From assembly GCA_964106645.2 (NCBI GenBank), contig OZ067038.1: 64,000 bases of DNA; one strand, given 5' to 3'. This document shows positions 39,142 through 52,653 of this stretch, piece after piece (position 1 is the first letter of the stretch; every line of letters starts with the position of its first letter). A program made the translations under genes and the position numbers. The DNA comes from Podarcis pityusensis (Eukaryota). The notes below the pieces were generated by a model. It was not told where the DNA came from. It searched no databases and saw only the letters and a list, made by a program, of their open reading frames with translations.

Positions 39142-41723
39142 TGTTATAATCGTTTTAGAAATAACGGATGTGATCGTTTCATTGTTACTTGTGCCTCAGT
39201 AAGAGCAGACATAGCATAGTGGTTATGGTACTAAAATGAAAGTACTAGCAAGTATCTAGTTCAATCCTTATCTCTGTTAATGAGCTCACTAGGTAGCACT
39301 AGTCTGTAAGCATATGTACACCTACCTCCAAGGAAATCTTATTGAACTCAGTGGAGCTTATTCCTGAGTAGACATATACGCTATCATTCCTCTAGTACTA
39401 TGGAAATACTTAAATATGATAGGTTTTATGATCCATTACCGAGATGTATTAGAATCAAAATAGCCTCAACAATTAAAAGGTCTGCCCTTAAAACTAGCAG
39501 CCCTAATATTACTTGACAAGTAAACATGATAGATATAGAGAAAAAGCATGTATATTTTACATATTATAAATAATATTTCCCCATGGGGGGGGGGGGATTT
39601 GAGGAATTTATTCAGCACAGTGGACCACTGGGGAAGCTTATCAAACAGTATACAATGAGGAAGGCTTTTTTGGTAATATATAAAATATACAAGCTTTTTA
39701 CTCTTCCACACACCAACATCCTTTGATACAACCAGAGCATTGGTAAAGTACTAGTGCATAATATTCCAAACTCTTTGAGTCTAAGGAAGATTATTTCCTA
39801 TCCGAAGCACCCTCTAAAAAAAAAAAAAAGCCTACCCAACCTTCCATTGGGGGAAAAGGGTGGGGGTGGGAGGTCACAATCCTGTATTCTGTATTCTGTG
39901 GAAACAGAATTCTGAAATTTGATCTAGAAAGGCAAATTCTTCCATTCTTTCCTAGATGTGGCACAGGGCTTTTTAGCTTGTTTTCCAGTGCCTTATGAAC
40001 GGGCCATTTATTTCATGGCAGATTATTAAAGGGAGCCGATCAGAGGGTGAATAATATGTAACTAGGCTATCACCACCCCCTAAGCAAGCACATGATATTC
40101 ACTGTCCTAAGCTTTAAAGCATACAGCTTGGACAGATAGTAGATCCTGGAATGGAATGGAATCCATTCTCAAATTTTACTTTTATGCTTATCATTCTTCT
40201 ATATAATATGGGCTTTTTCACATGCTCCCCCATGAGTTACTATGACGACTGCCAGAACATAAAATAACAGCTTTCAGACAATATGGGCACTGCCTTACAA
40301 AGTGTTTCTGGCTCATAAGAGCTGAAGTGATTGAAGTGCTAAATTATTCATTGTTGTTCAAAGAGATTACCCACAGATTAATGAACTTTGAAAATTCTGG
40401 TCTAGAATAGACGCTACAGAGAAGCACGGGGGAAATTTCCAAAAATGGTGGTAATCAAATAAAAATGTGTGCAGTAGATGTATTTGCTGTGTTAGCGATG
40501 CTGCTACATGCTGAGTCTGGAGGTGTTGATGTACAAACCCACTGTAATAGCCGTGTGTGTGTGTGTGTACGTGTGTTCGTGTGTTTATATATTTTTATAT
40601 AAAATGTACAGTGGAAAGCAATGCAGTGTGTAAAAGATTTCTTAATTATGCTCATTTTGAACATAATTAAACTGACAAATCTCTCCTTGATTCAGAGTTG
40701 TTCTCTTGGACATATTGTTCAGGGAATTTTGCTTTGTGAAGCAGGGGACAGTCTCTGCTGAGGTTTGCTCTTCATGATAATTTTGACACAGAAGTGTGTT
40801 TGTCAAGATAAGGAGATGCAGACAAAACTCTTCCTTACAAGTTGGGTCACTATCCGTCATTTTGTTTTATGAATATACTGCAAGTTGTGAAAAGAGTGTG
40901 GAGAGACCAGACATACTTACAAGTTGTTCAAATAGTTCCAGAGTTCTAGAAGTCACTCCAAGGAATTGAACACACTTCAATACAGGTTTGATTATTGATG
41001 CTATCCTTAGTTCTGGTCCTGTATAATTATTTGGAGACAATAATGTGCATATGGTGATTAAAAGAGAGGTGTATTATTTAGTTACCATCAGAAGAAATCT
41101 GCACTGGTCATGGGGTCAGCAGAGATATTGCTTCCTCATCAATGAACCATAATAGACAACTGAGAAAGTATATCTATTAATGTGTTATATCTTGTACAAA
41201 GCTGTCAAAGTTGCATCTGCCTTATATATATATTAAATCAACTTCCTGTTACCAAATTAGAAGCAACATGTATAGAAGGGGGGGAAACAAGATTTATTAA
41301 AAGTATGATGTTCTGGAAACCATATGCAGAGCATTAACGATATGTATGTGCCGATGCAACCTGTTGGAAATCTGGTTCCAATTGACCTACCCAGCCATAC
41401 AACAAATCATTTGTATTGACTTTCATCATTAGAACAAAAAATGACATGTATTTACTAATAATAGAAGTTGCCAAGTCTTACCTTCTATCGTTAGTTGCTG
41501 GTAAAGTAAAGTTACTGCTGTTTATTTTGAGAAGGAAAGACTTTGGTTGCTCCTGAATTATTTTGCTGGCCTAATCACTCATTTATATTTTGTGACAGAG
41601 TGTTTTGTTTTTAGTCTTAGAAATTCAAAGAATAATAATTGAATTAGTTGTATGCAGCTGAATGCTTGACTGATTCACAACAGCACTGTGTAGAAGTTTA
41701 GAAGAATATTCTAAATAGACATA

Positions 41724-42237
41724 CAGTGGTACCTTGGTTCTCAAACACCTTGGTACTCAAACAACTTGGAACCCAAACACTGCAAACTCGGAAGTAAGTG
41801 TTCCAGTTTGCGAACTTTTTCGGAAGCCACACGTGCTCATTTTTGAGTGCCACGCTTCCGTTTTGAGTGCCACACTTCCATTTTGAGTGTTACACTGATG
41901 TCTGCCTGTTTTTGCTTTTTATTTTGCGTTTTTGTTTTTGCGGCTCTTTTTTGTTTTGTTTTTGTGACTGTATGGAACCCAGTTCAGCTACTGATTGATT
42001 GATTGTGTGACTGCAGTACATTGTTTATTGCTTTCATTTTATGGATCAATGGTCTCGTAAAGATGGTCTAGTAAAATTCATGTTAAATTGCTGCTTTATG
42101 GGTTATTTTTGGAAGTCTGGAACGGGTTAATCCATTTTGCATTACTTTCTATGGGAAAGTGCACCTTGGTTTTGGAACATTTTAGTTTTGGAACGTACTT
42201 CTGGAACAGATAAAGTTTGAGAACCAAGGTACCACTG
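41724..42237. mobile_element. pogo/Tigger-type (Tc1/mariner superfamily) non-autonomous element, 514 bp
   Basis: Perfect 23-bp TIRs CAGTGGTACCTTGGTTCTCAAAC, TA target duplication on both sides, internal 20-bp tandem repeat x3 (41841-41896). Confidence 0.9.
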
Positions 42238-42485
42238 TACTAAAATGCAGAGCTCTTTTACTATATATGGGATCAAGTTTCATTCTTTCTGTCCCTTCCC
42301 AGCTTCTTGCCCTTGGCCTCAACTTCCTGGAGCCTGCCCCACCCCCAGTAAAAATATTTCAGAGGGCAGGGCTTCAAAGATCAATGTGGACTTTTTGAAC
42401 AAGGCTTGCACTGATCAATTCCAGAATGAGGAGCCCTCGCATGGCAAGAGTCGTATCATTGCCAGACACTCCAGTGTGTACTATA

Positions 42486-42729
42486 CAGTGGTACCTCTGG
42501 ATACGAACGGGATCCGTTCCGGAGCCCCGTTCACACCCTGAAGCAAACGCAACCCACGTCTGCGGGTCATGATTCGCCGTTTCCGCGCATGCACGTGACA
42601 TCATTTTGACCATCTGCGCATGCGCGAGCGGTGAAACCTGGAAGTAACACGTTCTGTTACTTCCGGGTCACCGCAGAGCACAACCCGAAAGCGCTCAATC
42701 TGAAGCAACTTCAACCCGAGGTATGACTG
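42486..42729. mobile_element. pogo/Tigger-type MITE, 244 bp, CpG-rich
   Basis: TA|CAGTGGTACCTC ... GAGGTATGACTG|TA. Confidence 0.85.
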
Positions 42730-44666
42730 TACTGTTCTACTTAGTGGTGTCTACAGGCTCAGTCCCATTTCCTTAACCTGGAAAGGTTACCTTATGGCAT
42801 CAAGCTAATAATTGTCTTAAGCATCTGTTCACACACAAAAATAAGAAAAGAAGTGATGTACAGTATATGCATTGTCAACTGGGATAACTTTTCTACCCCA
42901 CCTGCAGACCAGTAATGTGTTAACAGAGCTACAAGTGCTATGGGAATTTCCTCTGTACCCAGAGCCCTGCTTCTAGCATTCTTTTATTAGAGGATTGCAA
43001 CTGTGATGGGATGGAATATGAAAGCTACTCAGATTCCTGCTGTTCCACTGCAACTTATCATCCATGACTATAGAACATAAATTACTTTACCTTGAAACAC
43101 CCTGATACGTATGGAAAGCTGTATCATTCCATAATCCATGTGAAATCTCCTCCCAATCATGCAAAGTTCATACATCTGCTAGTTATTATGAGCTCTGTCT
43201 GCTAGAGATGATAATTCATAGCCTTCAGTGTGCTTGTGTGTGTGTAGAAGTGGAGGGATATACTTCCAAGTGTTAATAGAATTGTGTGCTTACAAGGTTT
43301 GTCGTTTCCTGTGTTACTGATTTCCTTTGTTAATGCAGATATAGCCAACAGCTTTTGAAACTACATTGTGTTATGGGTCATAAAGGTGTGGTCACAGTAG
43401 AAGCAGAACAGAAAGCTGTGGGGGAGAGCTCAACAAATAGCTTTGTTTTACTTTTTCCAAGCACATGAAGACATAAGTTAAATTTCAGCTATGCATTCAT
43501 CCAACCTAATAGGTGGGTGTTACCCATGAAAATGTTGGAAAAGAGAGGTAGTCTTGAGGCATCGTCAGAACTGAAGGGGACAGATCAGCTTTCAAATTTG
43601 TCATGGAAACATCTTGTCAACCCAGTAACAATGACGTCAAGTTGATAAGACAAGTGTTAGTTTGTTCAGAACACACCTGTTCAACAGCAGGAGGGCAAGG
43701 TACAGTGGGTTTCACATTTTTGGTGCACTGCTATGATTGTGTCTTGGTGATCAGTTTTATTTCTCTCCATTGTGGCTTGGATCACTGTACTGAGATAAAA
43801 AAGTAGTTCATAGAAGACTTTGATGGGGGAAATCTTCTGCAAAATTATCTATCTTCTCTTTTGAAGTTAGTGATATTAATATATGCAGTCTGCAGTGAAT
43901 TTTCCTTCTGCTTTATTTTTACCCTCTTTGCATGTGAGCAAAAGCTTTTAATTTCTGTAGCCAATGCAAGATTATAGCAGATGTTAGCAGATGGTCATTG
44001 CAGCAGGGTCATAATAATTCCATCAGAACTGCAACTTGATAAGAACAATTTTTTTCTTCATATTATTTGTTTTGTGTTTTAGATTTTTATCTAAAAACAG
44101 TAGTCAACTTATATAGATTTAATAATGAGTGAAAGGATGTCTCTAAAAGGTACAAGGAGTTGATGTGGGTTTTTTTTGCATAATTTGCACAAATAATGGA
44201 AAAGTAGCTTGATCATATGAGTATATAATAATAGTTTTAAATACCACATGTTGTAATGTAGTAGGTAAACTGCATGAGTAGAAATGGGAGATTACTATAA
44301 TACAGTATACATGAGGTGGAAAAAGGTATGCCTCTTGATGATACAAAGCATGAATGGATATAAGATTTGGAAAGAGAAGTGTTGAAAGGTATTGAAATTA
44401 ATTTAGCCTGAGAGCTAAATTAAGACAGCAGGTGTGAGATGGCATTACTATTAATGGGTTAACACCAAGTGGAAGCAATACCAACCAGGACTCTCCTTGG
44501 TCAGTAACTAGAATGGTATCATACTGCTATTGATGATTTACCAAATATCAGGAAATGGTCAGCCATAAGGTAGGTGGTAATTATCTACTAGCTTAGCAAG
44601 TGGTGACTGTTTTTTCATATGTAATACCGTGTGGATATTGTCATTGTGTGGTTTAGTCACTGCACA

Positions 44667-45035
44667 ATGCGGGTGGCGCTGTGGTGTAAACCACTGAGCC
44701 TAGGGCTTGCCGATCAGAAGGTCGGCGGTTTGAATCCCTGCGATGGGGTGAGCTCCTGTTGTTCAGTCTCAGCTCCTGCCAACCTAGCAGTTCAAAAGCA
44801 CGTCAAAGTGCAAGTAGATAAATAGGTACTGCTCTGGCAGGAAGGTAAACAGCATTTCTGTGTGCTGCTCTGGTTTCGCCAGAAGCAGTTTAGTCATGCT
44901 GGCCACATGACCCGGAAAAACTGTCTGCGGACAGACGTCGGCTCCCTCAGCCAGTAAAGCAAGATGAGCGCTGCAACCCCAGAGTCATTCGCAACTGGAC
45001 TTAATTGTCAGGGGTCCTTTACCTTTACCTTTTTT
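44667..45035 (+). mobile_element. Sauria SINE, near full length, with TSD
   Basis: tRNA-like head, (ACCTTT)n tail, 11-bp TSD GTTTAGTCACT at 44651-44661 and 45037-45047. Confidence 0.92.
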
Positions 45036-45341
45036 AGTTTAGTCACTAGGTGGCACTAGACTTAGCAGTAACTGGGTGGCCTCAGGAGTTACCTCTTGCT
45101 GTTCTTGTTGGAGAGAGAGATTAAGGTATGTGGCTGGTGTGTCCTATAAGCCTCCCATGACAGTAACCATCACTCACTAGTACTACACAGTTATATTTGG
45201 TACGTACATTTAAAATTTATTTGCTATTGCTAACAAAAAGTTATTAAGACAGTTAAGTCTATTGCATTGATAATATGAATAATTTAAAAATAGTGGTGTG
45301 AATTTTTAGATTTCTGAAGAAAGCCAAGAAAGGCAATGGTG

Positions 45342-45352
45342 ATACATACATA

Positions 45353-45398
<46 letters not shown>
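45342..45398. repeat. (CA)n(GA)n compound microsatellite
   Basis: Read directly. Confidence 0.9.
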
Positions 45399-45401
<3 letters not shown>

Positions 45402-46219
45402 CAGGGAAAGCAAAATCATGGGGTGTGTTAGCAAAATAATTGGTTGTTCAAATTTCACAGGTGTTGTCTGTCTTTGAGAATGAGACCTTTATTTTGTCAA
45501 AGATAAAAAAAACCTTCATTTGCATATAAAAGCTGATGGTCATTGTATAGAAATTTGGGGGGTCCTGGTTGATCCTTGATTTGTCAAGGATCTGGGAATC
45601 TATTCACATCCTTTGCTGACCCTTTTCTTCCTGTAGTGACTTTCCACGATGCTTTCTTTGATAAAGGCATTATAACTCATCCCCTAGTGTATTACCTAGA
45701 AATAACTTCCAGTAAAATGAGTGGGATGTACTTCCACTTAATGTGCTTAGCATTTATAGAAATTAAGGTTATAGTCCTATACATACTTGCTTTCGAGCTG
45801 AACTCAATGTGACTTACTTCTGAACAGACATGCATAGGATTGCAATGGGAATAGTGCTGAAGGAGAGAGAGGGAAACCAGTTTATTTCAAATGAACATTT
45901 TAGAAGTGATAGCTGAGAACAGGATAGGGAACCTGTGGCCCTCCAGATGTCATTGGCTCCAGTTCATATCAGCCCCCACTAGCATGGGTGATTGGGATGA
46001 TTGAAGATTGTGGTGGTCACAAGTTCCACATTCTTTGCCTAGAATAATGAAGTAATTATGTGCTAGTTTTGCTGTGCACAATTTGAACACGCCATTGTGA
46101 ATCACTAATAACAGTAATCAAGACCATTATTAGGATAGGACTGCTGGCATACTGCTTTGGATTTGGGGGTGCAGAAAAATACTGGTAGGGTTCTCTCCCT
46201 CCTTGCCCTGGCAATTATT

Positions 46220-46220
<1 letters not shown>

Positions 46221-46252
<32 letters not shown>
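46221..46252. repeat. (TAG)n microsatellite
   Basis: Read directly. Confidence 0.9.
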
Positions 46253-49200
46253 ATATCCTGCCCATCTGACTGGGTTGCCCCAGCCACTCATTATTATTTT
46301 CCAATTTACACACCACATTAATAAAATTTGAGTATATTGACGGGGATTCATGCTGTCCACAACTTTGCCTATTCATTAGCATTCCTTTTCTATGAAGCTT
46401 TCCCCATTCCAAATCAACTAAGGTGGGGGAGGAGAGTGGGGTAGTGGATACTCAGGAATTTTTGAAATGTTTTAAATCATGAGTTTCATAAGAATAAATG
46501 CACACATAGAGTGAGGTGTCTGCATTCAACACCTTCTAAACAGTGAATATTAACAGGTGTATCCTTAACCTGAAATTATTTAGATTACTTTTCTGCAATG
46601 CAACACCTGTGAAATTCCATTTAAATGGGGGGGGGGGTGCAACTGTTTGCCCTCAAAACTCCAGTATTGCTCCCCCCCCATAAAAATAAGAAATCTCTGG
46701 TGTTGCTAAATCCCTCTATATTTCTCCCCTGTCCCTGCATATGTTTGTCAGTGAAGTCAGCTCAAGTCTTCTCTGTAAGATCAGTCCAGTGAACCATTAA
46801 GTGAAATTTATTCCAATCTTCCCTTGAGTCAAAGCTGAATGTTGAATTTACAGTAACTGTGCCTGAAGACAGTCAATAAAAATGAAAAAAAGCAACAGTA
46901 AGAGTCTTAAATGAAGAACAACCTAAAAAAATGGCAAAGATTGAAAGAAGCCTCTCTAGAAAGGGGCAAAAGGGAGTGTGACTTCAAGAGCCATCTGGTT
47001 TATACATAGTTTGAATAATCCCTTCCAATTAAGATTAAAACCATTTTCATATAAAACATCTGTTCTCTGATTTCAGCATTTAGAAGAAGAAAACACCAGG
47101 GAATAATTTGAACCCTTCCATCAGGATTTTATTTTATGCATTCAGAACTGATATTTGGTTTCTTAAGGTGATGCTGCCAAGTATGTTCAACAATGCTTAT
47201 TATCTTAGCGGTATCAAACAAATAAGGTTTTTATTTCAATGTATTTTTCACCTTGGTGGGGTGGGATATTTACAGCTATCATAGTGAACTGGGCTGCCAG
47301 TGGGGGAAAACCCTAATCCAATAACTTATTTTATATACAGATGAACAGAAACAGAGGTTTATCACAGCAAAGCCCCATGCAAAACTGAACTATTCAGCAG
47401 GGCAAAGAGTGTTTTATTCTAAATACAGACCACAGACCATATTTTAAGATTACTAACCCAAGCATAATGTGGCAAATATTTGATGAACCCACCACCACTA
47501 TTGTCATATTTGGGTGGTCATTGAATTGAATTGCCTGTCCCTGCTCTTTTTTTCTTTCTTTTGTAAGAAATTTGTGTGCTTGTTTACAAAAAAAAGGAGG
47601 AGGAAAGATTTTTTTTTTACCTACCTCTTCTTTCTGCTATCCAGCAAATGGTAAAATGCTTGTTAGTGTTTCTGCTTTGCATTCACAAGACTGTGCCATG
47701 GAAACTTAAATACCTATTTGTCTGGCAGCAAAACATTATACTGCAAGGTAATGATTCACCCAGGGTTAGGCTGCTAGGGAACAACCCGGAGTTCCTTGGG
47801 AGGGTGGCTGAGGGGCTGCTGCAGACTTTCTGCTTCACCAACAGAAACTGAGTGAAGAAGGTAACTGCTGGAGACTTCCATGGTGCAGCAGTAACAGGTT
47901 CTGCAGCCTGTGATGCTCTAACAATAGTAGGAAAACAAAAAGGGCATGTCAGGGGTGAATCAGAGACCTTTGATCCACTGGATCAAAATCCCTCCTGTTC
48001 CCCTGACATGCCCCCAAGAAGGGAGAAATACTATGCTGGCAGATTTATTTTCTCATGCACTGGAACCAAGGGAGGGGATTCTAAGAACAAAACAGAGATG
48101 AAAAGGGTGGAAGAGATACCACATCACTGACGGGCCCAGCAGGGCTTTGCCTACTGTCAGGCCCAAGTCAGGTCTGGGCAGGCAGCAACAGGATCTCTGA
48201 CAGCTCCTATGGGGCTGTGTTGGCTGAAGTGTTGTCCTCTGCAGGCAGCTACAGGACATGTCATCTCTGCTGGGAGCTAGAGCTAACTGAAGCCTTGTAC
48301 AGGCTGACAAGACATGGAGTATGGTAGGTCCTTGGAGCAGCTGGCTGGCTGTTTAAAGGCTCTTCACTATTTTGTAGTCTTTTGACTTCTATGATGTTGC
48401 GAGACAGGTTCTTCTAGGGACTCATCCTCTGAGTCAGAGCTCTGTCTTCCAGATAGGAAGGCCCTCAGTAAGGCACTTGTAGTTCTCCCAAGGAAGCAGT
48501 CTGAACATCTTCCTCATCAGAGCCCTCCATGGTGTACTGCAAGGTCATAGGTCATGACAGGCTTAGAAAGTGGTGCTTCCTCTGTTATGGAATCTCCCCC
48601 CCCCCTAACATTGCTCTGTCCATAGTCTTAATTAGGAGCAGTGACTAAGTGATTAAGGGCCAGCTGAGACAATCTGGAAATGCTATGTGCTGAATAAGGC
48701 AATGGGGACCCACCTGTAAGTCTATTACTACATGAGTGTCATGGCTGTTCACCAGTAATGCCATGTTTTGGTAATTAATCAGTTAAAACCTTTTGATAAA
48801 TTGAAAAGGTGTTTCCAATTAATCAGGGAGCACATTTTAACTCTTTCAACAATTATTTTATGTGATATGTTTAAAAATCAATAGGTGCCTTCTTAGAAGA
48901 ACAAAGGGTGCCTGATACAACAGATGTGTACATAATCTAAAAACAAATAATCCAATTTTTTCTGTCTGACTTGCTACTTTAGATGCAAATATATGCAAAA
49001 TTCATTAAAACTCAGTTGACCAACTATGATTTATTTATTCAAATGACAGGCCTCATACATATGCACTGTTACTGAGGTACCAGTTTACCCTCATCCTGAG
49101 TATAGCCAGCAGTGCAGGGGTGGAGAACCTTGGGCACAGGGACTGAATGTGGTCCTCAAGACCTCTCAGTCTGCTCCTCCATATTTGCTATTTACTTCAG

Positions 49201-49904
49201 TCTTAGTTAAGAACCTGAAGGTGACACATGACTTCGTTTTCCCCAGTATTTCACTGGTCACCTTCGCCATTCACCAGTATTTCACTGAATTGTGTAAAGT
49301 TTGAAAGCAACATATGCATTTTCATTTATTGTTGCAATCTGAATGTAAAGCTATAGTATTTGAACATGAACTATTATTTGCTTCCTGCTAAAGGTTCTGA
49401 GGACTTTGCAAGAGAGGCTCACACAGACTTGCTTATCTTAGTCTGATGTTTACAGCAATATGTGGCGTAAAAGAAGAAAAAGTAGCAAAGCATCATGCCG
49501 TATAGACATCCCCAACCTTAAAACAATTCCGTGATAATCTTAATGAGCTGCTCTTCTAGGGCAGTAGTTGCAAAGTCTTTCTTTCCTAGAGAACATTTAC
49601 AAATTGTGCAAGCATATCATCCCAAGCTGTGTAGCGCATGTATGTGCACAGGCTGCCTACATCAGTCCAAAAATCAGCAGAGTCAGGTTGTAGATGTGGT
49701 TGTCTATTAAGGTTTCCTGTTGTGCCACAATCTGCCCAAGCAATCTGGAACACTAAAAGGTGCATGTTATCTAAACACAGAGAAACAGATTTTCTTTCAG
49801 CTACTATAACTGCATGTTTCCAGTTACTGTTGTGGTCTCTTCCACCTGTTGTAAAACAACTGGATTTTTCTTGGTCTAAAGGACCATAAATATACGTACC
49901 GTAC

Positions 49905-50031
49905 GTTTTTAAGCAGAGGTTGGAAGACCATCTGTCATGGATGCTTTAGTTGAGATTCTTGCATTGCAGAGGATTGGACTAGATGACCCTCGTGTTCTCT
50001 TCCAACTACAATTCGGTGATTTCATAATTCT
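49905..50031 (+). mobile_element. CR1 LINE 3' fragment
   Basis: GTTTTTAAGCAGAGGTTGG...GCATTGCAG...TTGGACTAGATGACCCT...TTCCAACT. Confidence 0.8.
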
Positions 50032-52606
50032 CTGGACATTTTCTCTTCTCCTTTGGCAGCAACAAAACCAACTGAATCTCTCCCTCCCTCCCATCTCCTT
50101 CTTTCCTACCTAAGAGACCTAGACCAGGAAGGAGGTTTCAGAAGTCCATATTTCTTTTAATTCAAACAGCTCCTGGATTCCAAAGCGTTTTGAGATTTCT
50201 GTATTCAAGAAATCAATGAGGCCTAAAACTAAGTAAGGTGGAACTGTGTTTCATGTGGAATGTGGGGATGCTGCCCAAAATAGCATATTTGTATGATTTC
50301 TTCTTCCCCTGTAACATGTAGTATCCCTTACCCCATATCTGGACATCAACGCTTTCCCTGCCTCCACATTATCAACACATGGTAAGTGATCATATGCATT
50401 ATAAGAAAAATGGAGATTCATCATGGAGTAGTGTTTTTGTTACCATTCCTACACATTATGCATGATATAGGATTGGTGACAGAAACAGTCGCTGCATGTT
50501 GAGCTACCTGCTGTGTAGGATCACTTAATATGTGCCAACAATGTGGAACAGAGAAGGGGATGTGATGTTGACAGGGCACAGGGTGGGTGTCCATACAAAG
50601 ACAATAAGATATCATGCAAAAATACCTTTGGCAGCATCCCAGTCTCCTGCATAAGATATATCTGAACATTTTTAGGAGGACTTTTTTCTGCTTATAAAGA
50701 AGTAGCTTTAATTATTCAAATGTTTGGATAGCTCTCTGGCCTGGTACACATAGGCAGGGAGGGACAAAAGTGACTGGTGCCATCTGTTTTAATAGGAGGG
50801 AAAATACAATTCATAAAACTACGCAGGAACTTTTTGTAAACTGCACAGAGAACATTACATCCTGCCCTTTCCTATTCACCCAGGTGGGCATGACAACAAC
50901 ACTGAACAATGTGCAGTTGAAATTCAACAAGTGGAGAGAGATGAGTTGACAGGACTCGGTTTTCCACCCCAACCCTAGGTTGTAGACATAAGTTAATCAT
51001 CATTCTCTATCTTTCTCACTTTTCTGCTCTCTGAATTTCATAGTGACTAAAACTGGCTTTCATCCAAGCCTGATGGGTAGAAGTTTCCTAACAGAAATGG
51101 CAGTTCGTTTAGTATTCAGTGAAGATGTGTGCTTTGTTTAAATCATCCTGGTAGTGTTGAATGTTGTGAATTTTGCTGTTGTGTGTTAACAGTGTTTCCT
51201 TACTCTGAATTTCTTGAGCTTTTCCCCTAATCTAACCAATTTTTCCTAGATAAAGAATAGATAAAATCAGTTTGTGCTATAGAGGAAACATGTCTCTTTA
51301 AGAGAGTAGTGCCAATTCAGTTCCTCAATATTTTAACAAAACCGCTTCACAGGATAGTTCAGTATTGCCCATCCAGTAGTTTTATGAAGGAGGCTTACTG
51401 GAAAGGTGTGGTCTGATTGCTGTGATGGACTTGAATAATACTCTGTCATTATGAGCAATGATTGGAACTAGAAGCAAATATATATGCTTACAGTCCAGAT
51501 CTATGGAGATATTTCCCCTTACATTTCCATATTTAAATATGGAAAAAGAAAGTCTAGGACTGGAGTGTCATCTTTTATAGTTTTTCTTTGGCTCAGTCTT
51601 CCATAGTGATGTACGTAGATAAAACATAACGGTATAATATTGCAGAGAGCTGAGTGTCACAATACTAAAGGAGGCATGCCACCTACAGATAGGTGCCTCA
51701 TGGAAAATCAAGTATCATTTTCCACATGGGACTGACGTAAGAAGCACATCATTGTAGTTTAAAAAGGCTCTACCAGTTTCTGTTAGCATTGTGGAGCAGC
51801 AGAGAGTGGAACCAGCACTTTGTGTTTCCCTGTTCTTGATTTTATTGTGAACCTAACTGCACTCCACAACAGTGTGATAATTTCCCTGTGTTTCTACAGC
51901 ATGGATAGGGAAACCATGGCTCTTCAGATATTGTTGGGCTACCACTCCCATCATCCTTTACCATTGACCATTCTGGGTGGGGCTAATGGGAGCAGGGGTT
52001 CAACAACATCTGGAAGGTCTCATGTTCTCCTTCCCAGTTTTATATATTTGCTCTTAAATCAGCTACCAATTTCCCCCCACCCTTTTATTGTTTGCCTTTG
52101 CTCCGGCTCACATAAATGTTCCCTCCTCCTTTTATTGAATGCAAACATGTGGTCGCTTTGTGAAATGCTGTTAAAAAAATGAATAAAACGTAATAAGGGA
52201 ATTTATTACAGAAATAAGGAGACACAAACATATTGCTGGAAATGGTACTAACACATTTACCTAAGAAATATTATATTCTCAAGGCTTGACTTTTATCTGA
52301 TGTTACTCACGCATATGTGTGAGTAATAACTTGCAGCCTTTAAAAAAAAAAACATATTATAAAACAGTACTTGGATTAACCTTGGAGAAGGAGACTGTCA
52401 TCCTATACAAACTTACCTGGGGAAGAAAGCCCACTGAACTCAGCATTCTCTTTTAAGCATTCTGTTACAAATTAATGAAAGCCTGATGCTTCTGGCAAGC
52501 CTACAAGCAGGTCATGTAGGCAACAGTCCCTCAGCAACTGGTATCCAGTGGCAAATTGTCTTTGAACATAGAAGTTACTGCTAAGAACTATCTTAGCAGT
52601 GTTACC

Positions 52607-52610
<4 letters not shown>

Positions 52611-52652
<42 letters not shown>
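52611..52652. repeat. (AC)n microsatellite
   Basis: Read directly. Confidence 0.9.

Positions 52653-52653
<1 letters not shown>

Noticed and set aside
41841-41896. 20-bp direct repeats resembling a CRISPR array
   Set aside because: No spacers, located inside a vertebrate MITE, and no cas genes.
44667-44750. tRNA gene
   Set aside because: The A/B-box-like sequence is the head of a Sauria SINE and continues into the SINE body.
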